A DNA stretch of 64,000 bases from Lama glama (taxonomy: Eukaryota), in assembly GCA_028534125.1 (NCBI GenBank), contig CM052816.1:77564001-77628000 (forward strand), in the 5' to 3' direction. The notes under the pieces were generated by a model. The model searched no databases. It saw only the letters and a program-made list of their open reading frames with translations, and was not told the DNA's origin. Position numbers and translations under genes: made by a program. Of this stretch, positions 25,669 through 38,352 are shown piece after piece (within the stretch, counting starts at the first letter, position 1; each line of letters opens with the position of its first letter).

Positions 25669-27654
25669 ACTGCATAGTCCTAAAATTGCTATTATGTGAA
25701 AAGTAAGTTATCTTTAAAAGAGGAATAAGTCTTCCCCCCTAAAATCAATATTCAAGATTTCATTGTTCCCCCCACCACCACCTCTTTTCTGTTTAGGCTG
25801 GGTCATAAATATTTAATCTCAAACTCAAGAAAATCTTGTCTTATTCCCAACATTGGCATTACCATTTCCATGCATCATCAAAAGTAAACTGGAAGAATCA
25901 CAAGGAAGATTCCCAGATGTTCAGAAATGAGACTCTTATCTTTAAGAGATTCGAGTCTTCTCAACACATACACACAGGGACTTCTCCTTAAAATTACTAC
26001 TCTTGTACCATCTGGTGGACTCACACCTGAACTCATTTTGTCTCTTTACACTGCTGACTTGTGGCTTCAAAGTTGTTTTTTAAAGTCTCCAATGGGGGCA
26101 CTCATTGGTATATTAGAATCCACAAGGTTATGACTTGTCATCCAAGTCCCTGGCAGACAACCACACGAGAGTCTGCAAAGGCGCCCTCTAGCTTCCTTCT
26201 TGGGCTCATATCTTAACATTCTTAATCCCAAATATAAAACCTCCGCCTTTTTCTCCTTTCCCAGAAGTTATGGTCCTGGCAGAAGCCCACTGGAGCCCAT
26301 GAATATGAAGGGACCATCTTGGAGGAAAGGCTCTTCTGTCTCCAACTCCGAATATGCAGGTGAAAGAAGCAAAATGCACCAGCACCAGTTACAGGTGCAA
26401 ATCCAACCAAGATGACTCCATAGGATGAGAAGGAATAGATTATGGGGAACTGAGGGTCAGAGTCACAGGGAAGAGTGTCTGAGAAAAGGCTGAGGAGACT
26501 CCACACCAGCTCTCACAACTCCTGGCAAATCAATTAAAAATGAGCTTCCCATGCGGAGCAACACAGCCGAGAGACCAACCCGGCATTGTAAGGGCGAGGT
26601 GGGGTGAACCTGCCGACCTAATAATGAGCTTCTTCCTCTCCTCACGTTATGCGCCTATGACCAGCACTGGAGCCTCATTTCACTGTGCTACAGTTACAGA
26701 CTTCCAAGTCAGGGTGGGCCTTCAAAGACTGCTTTGACTCTGTAGGGTCTCATTTTATACAGTTGATGAAACAGATCCATTTTCAAACATTCACCTTCAT
26801 TCCTTTGATTCCTCTGGGAAATCTCTCCCCACCCCCTATTAACTCCTGCAACTCAATGGTTACTCTACAACCTCAAGAATAAGAAATGGGAAGAAAGGAG
26901 GTAATGTCAGTTTGCAGAATATCAAGAAGTTCCTAAGAATGCTATTTATTTATTTTTCCTCAAGATGGAATCTATTTCTATTGGCTAAAGCTGGAATACG
27001 CAGTTTGCTCCCCCTGCTAAAAAAAAAAAAAAGAAAGAAAGAAAATAATCAATTGATAGTTGTTATTGGAAAGTTATCATGGTGTAGAGAAGAGACTATA
27101 AGATCTGGGAAAAGAAAAGCTTAGATTCAAGCGCCATCCACCACTCGCCAGTTCTGTAACTGCGAGAAAAGTCGGTATACTTTCAGAAGGTTAGGTTTTT
27201 TATTTTGTAAAGTAGGATAATAATAAATCTGCTCTATCCTAGCTAATGCATTGGATAACAGACTTTTCAAATTCTGGGCTTAAAATTGTTATTGATATGA
27301 GAGTTTCTGAAGGTTTAATCATAATCATTAGCAAAAATGAGCTTTGGGAAGCAATAAAAGAAAGTCTTATGATGACTGCAACTTACTTTTAACACTTCAA
27401 AATTGACAATGTTCTATAAATGTGGGTTAGTTTTAATAAGACTCTGAGTCTGCTATTGCCCTAGTAGAACATGCACATTTTAAGGGTTTCATCTAATATT
27501 TAATAAAAAGGCCACACTCCAGAGGCAGCTGCTGTAAGCACTTCAACTCTATCTCTGATCCACACCAAAGCTTTTGCTGGTTAGCAAAACAGGTATTAGC
27601 AATGGGTTTTCACTGCTGACTATGGTAGCCTTAATACAGGAGGAATGGTGAGTG

Positions 27655-27880
27655 CAAGGGTTAGACAACTTTTTTTTTTTTTGGAAAGGGTCAGATGGTA
27701 AATTATTTTGTGCTTTGTAGGTAAACAATCTCTGTCACAATCACTCAACTCTGCCACTGTAGCACAAAATCAACCACAGACAATATGGAAATGAATTGGC
27801 ATGGCTGTGTTCCAATAAAACATTATTTACAAAAACAGACACAGACCAGATTTGGACTTTGCACCAAGCTGGCCAGCAGC
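27655..27880. mobile_element. MER58-type hAT-Charlie MITE
   Basis: ACTCAACTCTGCCACTGTAGCAC...GGCTGTGTTCCAATAAAACATTATTTACAAAAACAG. Confidence 0.85.
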
Positions 27881-28537
27881 TAGGCTAGAATGATTTAGAA
27901 ACACTGCCTGTCCTTGAGTGGACAGGATTTAAGAATTTGAATCTCTTCACACATTAAAATGGTTCCTAAGATTGAATTCCACAATAGTCCCAAGTCCACT
28001 GCTGGCTTGGAGGATCCTGGTTACCTGCTGGCAACTACAGGGTTAACAGAACTGTGCTCTAGGTGTTATGGCATTTGCCCCAAATGTGCCACTTAAACAG
28101 GGAGTGATTGGAGCATCCAAAAGGGCAAGAACCTGAAGTCACCGAGTCGCATGCTTTGATGCCTGATTGCCGATAAACAGAATTTGTGTGAGTCTTGCTT
28201 TCGTTACCTGTAGTGTGACGGCGGGCTCGGAGATCTGCTGTCCTCATCTACCTCTGGCTGTGGATATACACTCAGTAAGAATGAAAAGACCCTGAGAACT
28301 CTATGCTGCCTCGTTGGCTTAGGCCAGTTCCCAACAGAAAAAGAAACTAGAAGGAGAAAGCATCACCAGTCCAGGAAAGACACGCTGATTCTGGAGAAAG
28401 GGAAAAGCAAGCAAAAAAGCCCTGCTCTGTGAAGTCATAACCGCACAGCATCCTGTCCTTCAGAGTCAAAGCTGACATTATCTCTGAGTGTCTCTGTAGC
28501 TGGACAGACCACCCCCGGACTTAATAGCCCTTTCAGC

Positions 28538-28565
28538 GGGGGGGGGGGGGAGAAGGGGCGGGGGG
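28538..28565 (+). repeat. Poly-G / G-rich tract
   Basis: Long G run followed by AGAAGGGGCGGGGGG. Confidence 0.9.
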
Positions 28566-29279
28566 AACAGTTCTTTGACTTGGGGCAGCAGTTACTTTTA
28601 CAAAGCTTGTTATTGTTGGCAACTTTGCTGCTTTGAATCGTGGTCTGTGCTTAGAACGATCTCCTCCTTTCCAGCTGCTGGACACCAGGCAGCATTTCCA
28701 GCACCCTTTTTATAGGGATTGTGAGGATTAAGTGAAACAAGGAAAGTAGAGCCTGGCTCTGAGGCAACACTCTGTAAATGTGAAGTGTTTATTATCATCT
28801 CCCAAGTATAACGCGGCTTCTGTCTCACATGGATCCTTGGGTTTTTTTAAACTCTGCACCTCCCTTGTGCTTTTATTCATAAAATTCTACAATTTTAGGC
28901 CAGAAAGGGGCATTCCAGATCATCTACCTCAATTTTCTCACTTAATTTTGAAAACTTGATTCCTGATCAGTGAGGAAGTTTGATAAATTTCCTCCTTATC
29001 ATATATTTCCATAAGGAGACATAAATCACATTAACAAGTACAGCAGGCTTTAGAAATAGTTGGCCAACAACGGGGACTAGAATGCGTTAATTTATTCCAA
29101 GCAAAATGTAGGTCAAAAAAATAGTTTAAAATACCAAAAAGTAAGATATGAACTAACTTTGTTAGCAGTTCAAGTCACTGTAATATAAATACTTCATATA
29201 AAAATTATCCTTTCCTTCCTCTAGGGTTGAGGGAACCCATCCGCTTCATGAAATATTTTCTGAAAGCACTCTGAAAAGT

Positions 29280-29830
29280 CCATTCATTTACTCATTTATT
29301 CAATCAACAAATTTTCATAAAATATCTATGTTGTCAGGTTTTCCTTATAAAGAATGATTAGGACTCATAATTCTAAGTGTATACCCCTGAAGATTCTGTC
29401 TCTGGTCTTAACCAGGCTATCTCTTTGCATTTTCATTTCCTCCCTCATAAGGCAGAGGTGGCCTGAACTTCATTCATCCAGTGACTATGCATTGGGCTCC
29501 TGTTCAGTGCCAGCCACAATTCTGGGTTACAGCAATGAACATGCCAGACACAGCCCGGCTCTTACAGAGCTGATGTCCTGGTGGACTTTCTGAAGTTAGG
29601 ATTCCTCTGTACCTAAACGTGCTGAAACCTAAATTCATTCAGATTACACTGACAGCTGTTAGTGGTTCATACTGTTTGCCAGGCATTCTCACTTGTGCCC
29701 TTTCTGTATCTCCCACAATAACCTTGTGGAGTAAGCACTGCTCTCTTAATTGGTCCAAGGTCACGCAGCTCTAGTAAAAGTAATGGAGCCAGAATTCAAA
29801 GCTAGGTCTTCTAATGCCAGGCTCTGTGTT
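29280..29830 (-). mobile_element. L2 3' fragments and a MIR
   Basis: CATTCATTTACTCATTTATTCAATCAACAAA; GTGCCAGCCAC...GCAATGAACA; CCAAGGTCACGCAGC. Confidence 0.6.
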
Positions 29831-30269
29831 CATTCTCTGTCTCTGTCTCTCTCCCCTTCATCACAACTGCACAATGATCTTTCCCAGGGAGCCACCCTTC
29901 CCTAACCCGTGCCACCTTCCTGCCACCCTCAGCCAGGTGGTCTTGATTCTAAACGTCATTGGTCCACCCCTCTCACTCCTCTCTTGCTCCCTCACCCCAA
30001 GCCCCTGCCATCTCTGCGTCTTGCAGATTTGCTTCTGCTCCCCATGGTTAGGCCTAGGCTCCTGCGTCTTCTTAGCCCTTCAGCTAGGCCCAGAGGGGCC
30101 AAGCAGGTGGCTGGCTCCTTGCATCATGGGAATTCTTTGGAAGATTTCCTCCCTAGTGGAAGTGTCCAACATTGGTCATTTTAAAGAGATTATTGTACAA
30201 TTGTAGTCCTTTATGGTATCTCTCAGAATAAAAGTGCTCATATCTTCCACTCCTTGGTATTTGGTTAAT

Positions 30270-30850
30270 AGACAGGCACTCTCATACGTGCAAAGTGACA
30301 TTATTGGGCAAATATACTCATGGCAACATTATTTTTTTATAGTCTGTTTATAATGTTGCATCAATTTATGGTGTACAGCTTAATGTTTCAGTCATACATA
30401 TACATACATACATTCCTTTTCATCATTGCAATATTATAACAGCAAAAGATTGGAAACTACATAAGTGTCCATTAATAGAAACTGGTTAAACAAAGCATGG
30501 TACATCCCTAAAATGGAATACTATACAGAAAGGAAAAAAGTTATTTATGTATTGATGTGGAAAGCTCTTCTAGATCATACTGTCAGGATAAAAAAGAAAG
30601 ATTCCAAAAAAGCAGTTGAGTATAATATCATATTTGTGTGAAAAGAAATGATTATATATCTGTTTATTTAAATATACATAGTATATTTTTGAAAAGACAT
30701 GTAAGAAATGGGTAATAGTGGTAGTTTTCAGAGAAGGAAATTGGGTTTTTAGAAGGTAAGGGAGAGAGAAGAACTTGCTTTTTCACTGGATGATCTATGT
30801 TGTTTGGATATTGTATCCATTATATTACATACTCAAGTAATAAATTAAAT
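30270..30850 (+). mobile_element. L1ME-type fragment interrupted by a ~92 bp younger L1 3' end (30332-30423, minus)
   Basis: TAACAGCAAAAGATTGGAAAC...AATGGAATACTATACAG; nested insert flanked by CATGGCAACATTA / CATTGCAATATTA. Confidence 0.75.
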
Positions 30851-33800
30851 TACAAAGCCAATTTTACGTGTGTCAGATGCTTCTTGAAGCTTGGGAACCT
30901 AGGAATATAGTTACAGTATTTTGTTTGCCCCTATGCTTATGTAAAAGTCTTAAAGGAAATTGACGTATTAACTACTGACAAGTATATTGAGGTTGAAAAA
31001 GAATCGCATATGTTACGCATGTGATTTTGGTTTGAATTTCTATAACTATCAGCCTCATTAAGCTTATAAACCCATTGCTCTCCAGTAATGTACAAGTGAA
31101 TACTTAGAACATCATTAGGAGTCCATTAACGTAGAATCGTGGAAAAATATTCTGTTAAACAAATCAGGAAATGAAAAGGAAAGAAAGGCCATTTTCAGTT
31201 AAACTTATAATAAGAAGCATATGCTTGGCCACTGGTCACAATCTCCTAACTCATTTAATTACCAAATTTGATGACCACATCAGCATTTTTTTGTTTTAAA
31301 ACTGTCTTAAAAATAAATGCATATTTTTTAGAAGTAATGACTTCTGCAGGAAAAGAAATACTAATTTTGAAAGGAAAATAACAAAGCACTATGCAGTGCT
31401 CCCTGGCTCACTGCTTTAAGTCTCCTGGTTAAAGAGCTGGTTAGCTGGTTTTCTTTTTTTTTTTTTTCCCCTTTTTGTTTTTATACTACTGTGGTGCATA
31501 TGGGCAGATGCTATTTCCTGGCACTTTTATGAACAATCACACCAGCTCCATTGTGCCCTTTCCCAAGCTGAACTTGGATGGGGGCTGGGGGGTGACTCTG
31601 TCTAAGAATGTTGGGGAAGGAGGCGCTTTCATTCTGCTGAATCACAGGGAGCCCTGGCTGAGCACCCCAAAGGTGAAAGGCCGGCAGAGGGACGCCTGCG
31701 AGTGAGACTTGGCAAACTGAGTTTCAGAATGTTAACATCAACACGCATGTTAACCTCCTTCCTACTTACATTCCTGCGGGAGTGAATCAGCCATAGACGC
31801 TGCTGAAACTGCTGAAACAATTGTTTATTTCCCTCTCCTATTACAGCTGAACATGAATTGGTAGGAGAATGCCTGAGGAAGGGGAGGAAGGGGCGGGGTC
31901 TGCCCCAGGCAGTCATTCAGGACCCCAGGATCCTTCTTTCTCGTTGCCCCACACCTCCAAGGCAGGAACTCAAACTTTTTTCTGTCATGGACCCACCTGG
32001 CAGTCGGGTGAAGCTTAAGGACCAATCCCAGAATACTATTTTTAAAACACTGAAATACAGTTATCAAAATATTTAAGAAAAGGTGATATCAGCACTTGTT
32101 ATAATAAGAACTACCATAATGTCACAGTGGTGATGTCACACAGCACTTCGGGGTTTCATCAACGACTGTAAAGTGATCTGAAAACACCTGCCATTTCTAT
32201 TGGTGACAAAATCACAGATTCTGTTAATTTTACTGTGGTTTGTTGCTTTCATTCATAATTGAAGAAAATATTAAATTTTAGTTAGCTGGAGAAAATAAAG
32301 GTGTATTTTTTTTCCCAGTTCAATTACTCAGGTCTCCTGAATTATGTCCACAGGCCTCTTTGGGCATCTGAAGACCTCAGGTTGAAACCTCCTCTCTTCC
32401 CCTGGCTCCTCTGCTTCCAGACAGTGACCAGGAAAAGAGGGAGCCCAGAAGACTGCAAAGAGCTTTTCTGGACCAAGCTTGGGGGTGGCAGTGGCAAACA
32501 TCACTTATTGCCCGTGTTGCACTGAGATCAGTTTCGTGGTAGCACCTAGCTGCAGGGGAAGCTGGGACATACCCTCTACTCAGTGCCGGGGAGGAAAGTG
32601 GAGGTGGTTTGGTGGAAGAGCACACAGTCTCTGCCACAGGAGACTTTGAGATTCAAGAGAGTGGCATTAAGTCCTGAAGTGGTGCTTACTGGACACTTCC
32701 GAAAGGAAACATTCTTCTATAAGCAACAGGCCTCTTTTCTAGATAATCTGATTTTAAGGATAATGATTTTATATGAATGAACTGTTTTTAAAAAGAATTT
32801 ATCCAAATTTGGTAATTTAGATACCAAGCAACCATCTCTGTGAATCTGAACCCTGGGAAGAAGCTTCAGCCTTCTGATCAGTTCTCCTTCGAGGCTGTCC
32901 TTGGCCGCCTCATGCTGCTGACGTCTCCCTTTGATGCTCCCGCCCCGCCCTGCATTTCTGCAAGACCTGATGGTTTCAAAGAAGTGACCCTTGAGGGTCA
33001 CAACAGAGTGAGCTGGTGTTTAGCTGTTCTGAAGACTGAATCTGAAGGTCTCCCTTCTCATTCTCACAATGAGACAACATGTATGTTTTTGGTCACTGAC
33101 TCTTTCTTTTCAATTTTGAATGCTTAGTTATTCTCTGTAGGCTAAGTCATGGACAGAGTGCGATTCTGATCTCAGAAAAATCTGTGGATGCAGCAGGGCC
33201 AAGAAGGCATATCTGCTCCGGGCATTAGGATTTCAGCCTCTGTTGAGCCAGCATCAAAACACCGGGGACTTCATTCCACAGCAAACACACCTGCTCCATT
33301 TCAAATAGACAGACCTTGCGTCCTGTCCCTTCTTCGCCCCCAGCAGTTATCCCGGTCCCCATGTGTGCCCAAAGGTAGCCCCAGCACATCAAGCCAAGTG
33401 TTTGTTTTGACTATTTCCAAAGGTGGCGCCTCTTCTGTAAACCTGACAGACCATAAATGAATAGAATTTACAAGGAGCAGGGCAGTGACGGAGCCTTCCC
33501 CGAAGTGGGCTGGATCCACTGGAAATCGTCAGCCCTCAGCCTCACACTGATATTTGGAGCCATTCAAGTGCCTGTTCCCAGCTTCACCTCCAGCCCAGGG
33601 CTGAGTCCTCACCTCCTGTGGGTTGAGGAAGGTGACCTCTGGGAGAAACCACCTTATTCCACACCCAGATGAAGGAAAAAGGGCAAAGTTTTAGAAACGT
33701 ATGTGGTGGCTGCTGACCCACGTATTCTCAGAAAGCGTCAAGTTCTCCGTGCCCACGCTCTTCTGAAGCTTTATCGGCATCTGCCCTGTACTAATGAGCC

Positions 33801-36199
33801 CCCTGACATGTGGTCTGTGCTGCAGAGGAAAAGAAATCACAGCCTTCATAGCAGAAGCACTGATTGATAGGATTATTTATTCCATTGCAGCAGTGTCCAG
33901 AATAATACAGGCATTGAAGAGTTTTTCTTTTTTCCCCTGGTTCTTATGGGAGTTTAAATACCAGTTTGTACAGAATTCAAGATGGCAAAACAAACTCCAG
34001 TAAAATTTAAATGGATTTCACTTAATGATATATATCTTTATTTTCTTTATCTATAATATGTATTAAGTTATAATTAGATTTATCATATATTTAATTTATA
34101 ATTAAATAGATTTATAATATATATGCAATATATGTTATAGATTTCACTTAATAATTATACCATTGCCTGTTACTAAACTCATAGCCTAAAAATCATTGCA
34201 CTGACAACTTTTGCAGGAAATCAAGTAGAAATATTTTCTTAACTCTGCTTCAGGTAGGTGACGTTTGCAGACAGGTAGCCTGAGTTTCCCTGCAGTCATT
34301 AGAAAGGGTGGCAGAGCTATACGTTCAACACGAGTGACGTGTACACAGTGAGCATGCGCAGAGCGTGCTGCACCAAATGCACCTCAGACTGTGCTGGACG
34401 TGGTGGAGTTTAGGTCAAGGTCAAATACTTGTGCCTGTGCTTCGGGCCAGGCAAGGGCCGGGGGTGTACAATGCCGCGCTCTGTGTCCACTAGCCTGGCC
34501 GGCTCTCTAACTAGCGTGAAGCAATGCTGCAGAAGCAGCCAGCCCTCAATTATTCAGGGGCTGATTGTTCAGCTTTTCAATTATCCAAAACCTCCGTACT
34601 GTTTTCTTTCCCCCTCATTAGGATTGTCCCAAGAAGGTGAGGGTATATCCTGCAATTTTACCTCTTCACAAAAGTTTTGTTGGGGTAGGTATTGGAAAAT
34701 TTGGGGGATGAAGGAGAGAGAGAGAGAACTGTTAGCCATTTATTGTGATTATTTTCATTGAAATTGGCTCATCGTTACAGCCAGTAAACAAATGTTTCCC
34801 ATATGCACAAAGCAATTTCCCATCTTCAAAGCACTTTCTTTCTCTCTCCTCCTTCCCTTTCTCCTCCCCCTCCTTCTTTCTCCCACCCCACCCCCCACCT
34901 TTCTCACTGCTGGTTTCAATGTCCCTTTTTCACTTCCAAAGTATGTATGCTCATATACACTCTCTGATTTGATCCTCACAAGAAGACCATGGTTTCCTTA
35001 CTTTACTAATATGGAAATTCAGCATCAGAGAGAACAAGGAACTTGCTCAAGACTACACAGCTAATAAATGTCAGAGATGAAATCCAAATGCAGGCTTGGT
35101 GGGACTCAGACCCTGTTGACATCTGTCCACCAGAGCCTCCCCACGCCGAATAGCGTAGCCCTCAGCGCTGGCTTAGCAGCGAGGGGGCCAGGCATGGGTT
35201 TATGCTGAGTGATGACTTTCTGCAGTAACGGCAGGTTGGCCTTAAGCTATTTTCATTCTATAGCATTCACCGTCTATGGAGAGCCTGGGAAATACTCAGA
35301 TGTAGACCTGAGATACAATCCTCCACTCCAACTAGATTTGCTGCTAAACATACAAATGGATTGTTAGAGAGTTATTATTACATAGCCGTCAACTACGCCA
35401 AATAACATATGTATTTTCCCTCCCTCCTCTTTCCTCCCCTCCTTCTCCCTCTTCTTCCTCCTCTTTCCCTTCTTGTCTTATCTCCCACCATGATGGTTCA
35501 CAGTATGTCACAGTTAAATACCTTGAAAGATAAGACAGAAGGCATCTGTGAGTACTAATCCGATTTGTACGCAGTGCTTTGGTCGATGCTGTTTCTCAGT
35601 CCTGTAATTGTTTACGATCGTTGTCCCCACTGGGACTTGAGGGTGGAAAACCACCTCCCCTCACCTGCATTTCCTCCACTGGGAATTTGTATTGGGAACT
35701 GTCTTCTCTTTTCCCAGAACTCTGTTTAAAGAGGCAAACGGTCCCGGGAAGGGTGACACGTAAGCCCCTGCAGCTTGGTATAAAGAAGTTTGTCTGCTGC
35801 TTTATTTTTGACCTGAGTTACCAAAGCACTTTGAGAACATGGAACAAAGGGTTGAGGGGGTGGAAGAAATGGATGAGGGGGAGGGAGGATTTCTAAAGAT
35901 AAGCATTATCTACCTCACCATTTGCCCAAGGCCAATCTTAGCTCTGAGTTCATTAACTCTGCAATACAAACACCTTCAGCGATGCCAAATGGAACTTATG
36001 ACCCTTCCGGACCAGCTGACCTTTACAAACAGGTTTTCATAGGATTATCAAATAAACAAGCAAGTGGGTTCAGAGCTAGTGACTCCAGCCAAACTCTCTC
36101 ATCTTCCCACATCAGATCTACCAGCCTGCAGCCTCTGTGCCTGCACAGCATGTCCTCACTCTGGTCGGTCCCAAAGGATTCCCTATTCCTGTGAAAGAC

Positions 36200-37040
36200 A
36201 AACCCCCATTCGTCCTCTGAACCTCTCCTCCCTCACCTTCTCAAGGACTTTGCTTCTGTGGATATTTCTTTCCTCCTCTGCCCCTCTTCTCCTCTATTCA
36301 TCTATTCCCCTCGGCCTGCTGTAAGCACATGTGAATATGCTGACCCCTCCTGGTTCTCCTAGGTCAGTGGCATCTCCTTCTCCGCCTCCTTTGCCAGCTC
36401 CATCTCCTCTACCAGTTCTCCAAACAGAGATGGTCCAGGGCTGTGCCTCTACCCTCTTTATTGTCCTAACTACCCTTCTCTCCCCAATCTCATCCAGCCC
36501 CATGGCTTTAAATTGCATCAGTGTGCTAAATGCCTTTATTTACATTTCTAGCCTCTTCAGCTCCACACCTGCTATATCTGGTGGATGACTAATAGCATCT
36601 CAGAAGAGGACTATTGATTTCTAATCTGCCCAACACAAAGTTACTCCTCCCTCCATCTTAAACATCTCGGTAAATGGCTTTATTTTCCAACCAGGTAATC
36701 AAGTCAAAAAGTTAAGAGAACCCTTATTTTTTCATCATCTCCCATGACAAGTCCACTGGGACAAGGATGTCAACTCTCCTTCCAAAGCACATCCCAAATC
36801 CAAATCCACCCACTTATCTTGATTGCTTGTTGCCACTTTTGTCCACACTACCATAATTTTTTTCCCGAAAATAACCTCTCCCAGATTCCATGTTTGTCTG
36901 CACAACCCATTCTTCATGAACCTGTCAGAATTATCTTTTTATAATATAAATAATGTCATGGCTTTTCTTCTCTTAAAACCCTGCAACACTTTTCCACTGC
37001 AATTAGAATAAAATCAAAATTCCTTATTATGATGACCAGG
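36200..37040 (+). mobile_element. L2 LINE fragment
   Basis: CTCATCCAGCCCCATGGCTTTAAAT; GTAAATGGC; CTTAAAACCCTGCAA...TTAGAATAAAATC. Confidence 0.8.
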
Positions 37041-37179
37041 AATGCCACAGAAAACCCCTAAATGGACATAATTGGAAAACTCCTAAGCTCAGCAGTACAG
37101 ATATAGGTAACAAAAGATTGTCCTAATACTGTCAGAGCAAAAATTCTCCATCCCTTAATCCAGCCATTACACCTGGGTG

Positions 37180-37650
37180 ACATTGCTTCCTTCACAGCAG
37201 AGTGATTGCCTCATGTCATAATTGAGCTTCCTTACAACATGGAGGCTGGGTTACAAGGACAAGCATACTGGGAGGTGGGGGTGCCAGGTAGAAGTGTATT
37301 TTTTTTAATTAGTTTTTTTTGGGAGGAGGGGTAAATTTAGTTTATTTATTTTTTAACAGAGGTACTGGGGATTGAATCCAGGCCCTTGCACATGCTAAGC
37401 ACACACTCTACCACTGAGCTATACTTTCCCCAAGAAGTGTATTCTCTTTATGACTTAGACTTGGAGCTCACAAAGTATCATTTCCGCCATACTCTGCACA
37501 TTACGACAGTCACAAAATCCTGCCCAGATTCAAGGGGAGGTAACATAAAGCCCATCTCTCAGTGAAACAAGTGTCGGTCCCATAATAAGAACAATATACC
37601 AGAAGGGGTATATAGTTGGGTGTGGCCATCTTTGGGAAAGACAATCTGCT
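37180..37650 (-). mobile_element. MLT1-type LTR
   Basis: GCTTCCTTACAACATGG; CAGTCACAAAATCCTGCCCAGATTCAAGGGGAGG; GGCCATCTTTGG. Confidence 0.7.
37301..37432 (-). mobile_element. Vic-1-type SINE nested in the MLT1 LTR
   Basis: GAGGTACTGGGGATTGAATCCAGG...CATGCTAAGC...CTCTACCACTGAGCTATAC; perfect TSD AGAAGTGTATT at 37290-37300 and 37433-37443. Confidence 0.92.
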
Positions 37651-38161
37651 GTTTGTGTGGTCATGGTTGTGATTTCATATTGCATGGCCAAGTTTTCATT
37701 TAGTAAGTTTGTTTCTGGAATTAAGTAAATAGTTCTATATTCTATAGCATTCCACAAAGACTCTTAGGTGCCCCGCCTCCCAAGCAAGTATGAGAACCAC
37801 TGATCTTGTCCAACTGTTTCATTTTGTAGCTGAAAGACCAAACACTAAGGAGATGATTGAGATTTGCCTAAAGAAAAGCTATTACTAATCTCTTTCTCAC
37901 TTTGCCTGATTCTAGGGGACATTCTAGAGCAGGTGGAATTAGAGACTGATTCCAAAGGATGGGAGATTTGGAGTTGGAATGATTGGGCAAGTAGTTGGGT
38001 GCTGATGACATGTGTGATGGACTTGGAGAAAGTTTGGGGCCCCTGGGTTTCCCCTTGATGTGGATCCTGGCTCTGTCTGTGCTCTGTTTGGCAGTGGGAA
38101 ATGGAGGGAGGGCAGGACGTGCCGAAGAGGAAAGCAGCTAGAAGGGGGTGAGAGGAGGCAA

Positions 38162-38352
38162 AGCAGAGTTTCTCAAAGTGCCGCCAGTGGACCAACTGCA
38201 TCAGAATCAGAACCACCTAGAGCACTTGTCACAATGCAGGTTCTTGGTGGCCATGCCTTCTGAATTACAATCTCTAGTAGTGGGTCCCAAGAATTCACAA
38301 TTTAACAGGCTTTCATTGGGAATGCACACACTTCAGTATTGGAGAACTGCTG
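38162..38352. mobile_element. MER5-type MITE
   Basis: GTTTCTCAAAGTG...GCATCAGAATC...GGAGAACTGCTG. Confidence 0.75.

Noticed and set aside
26180..26195. Additional CTCF-like motif (also one at ~33415-33430)
   Set aside because: Only the 3' half of the core matches; too weak to include in the boundary model.
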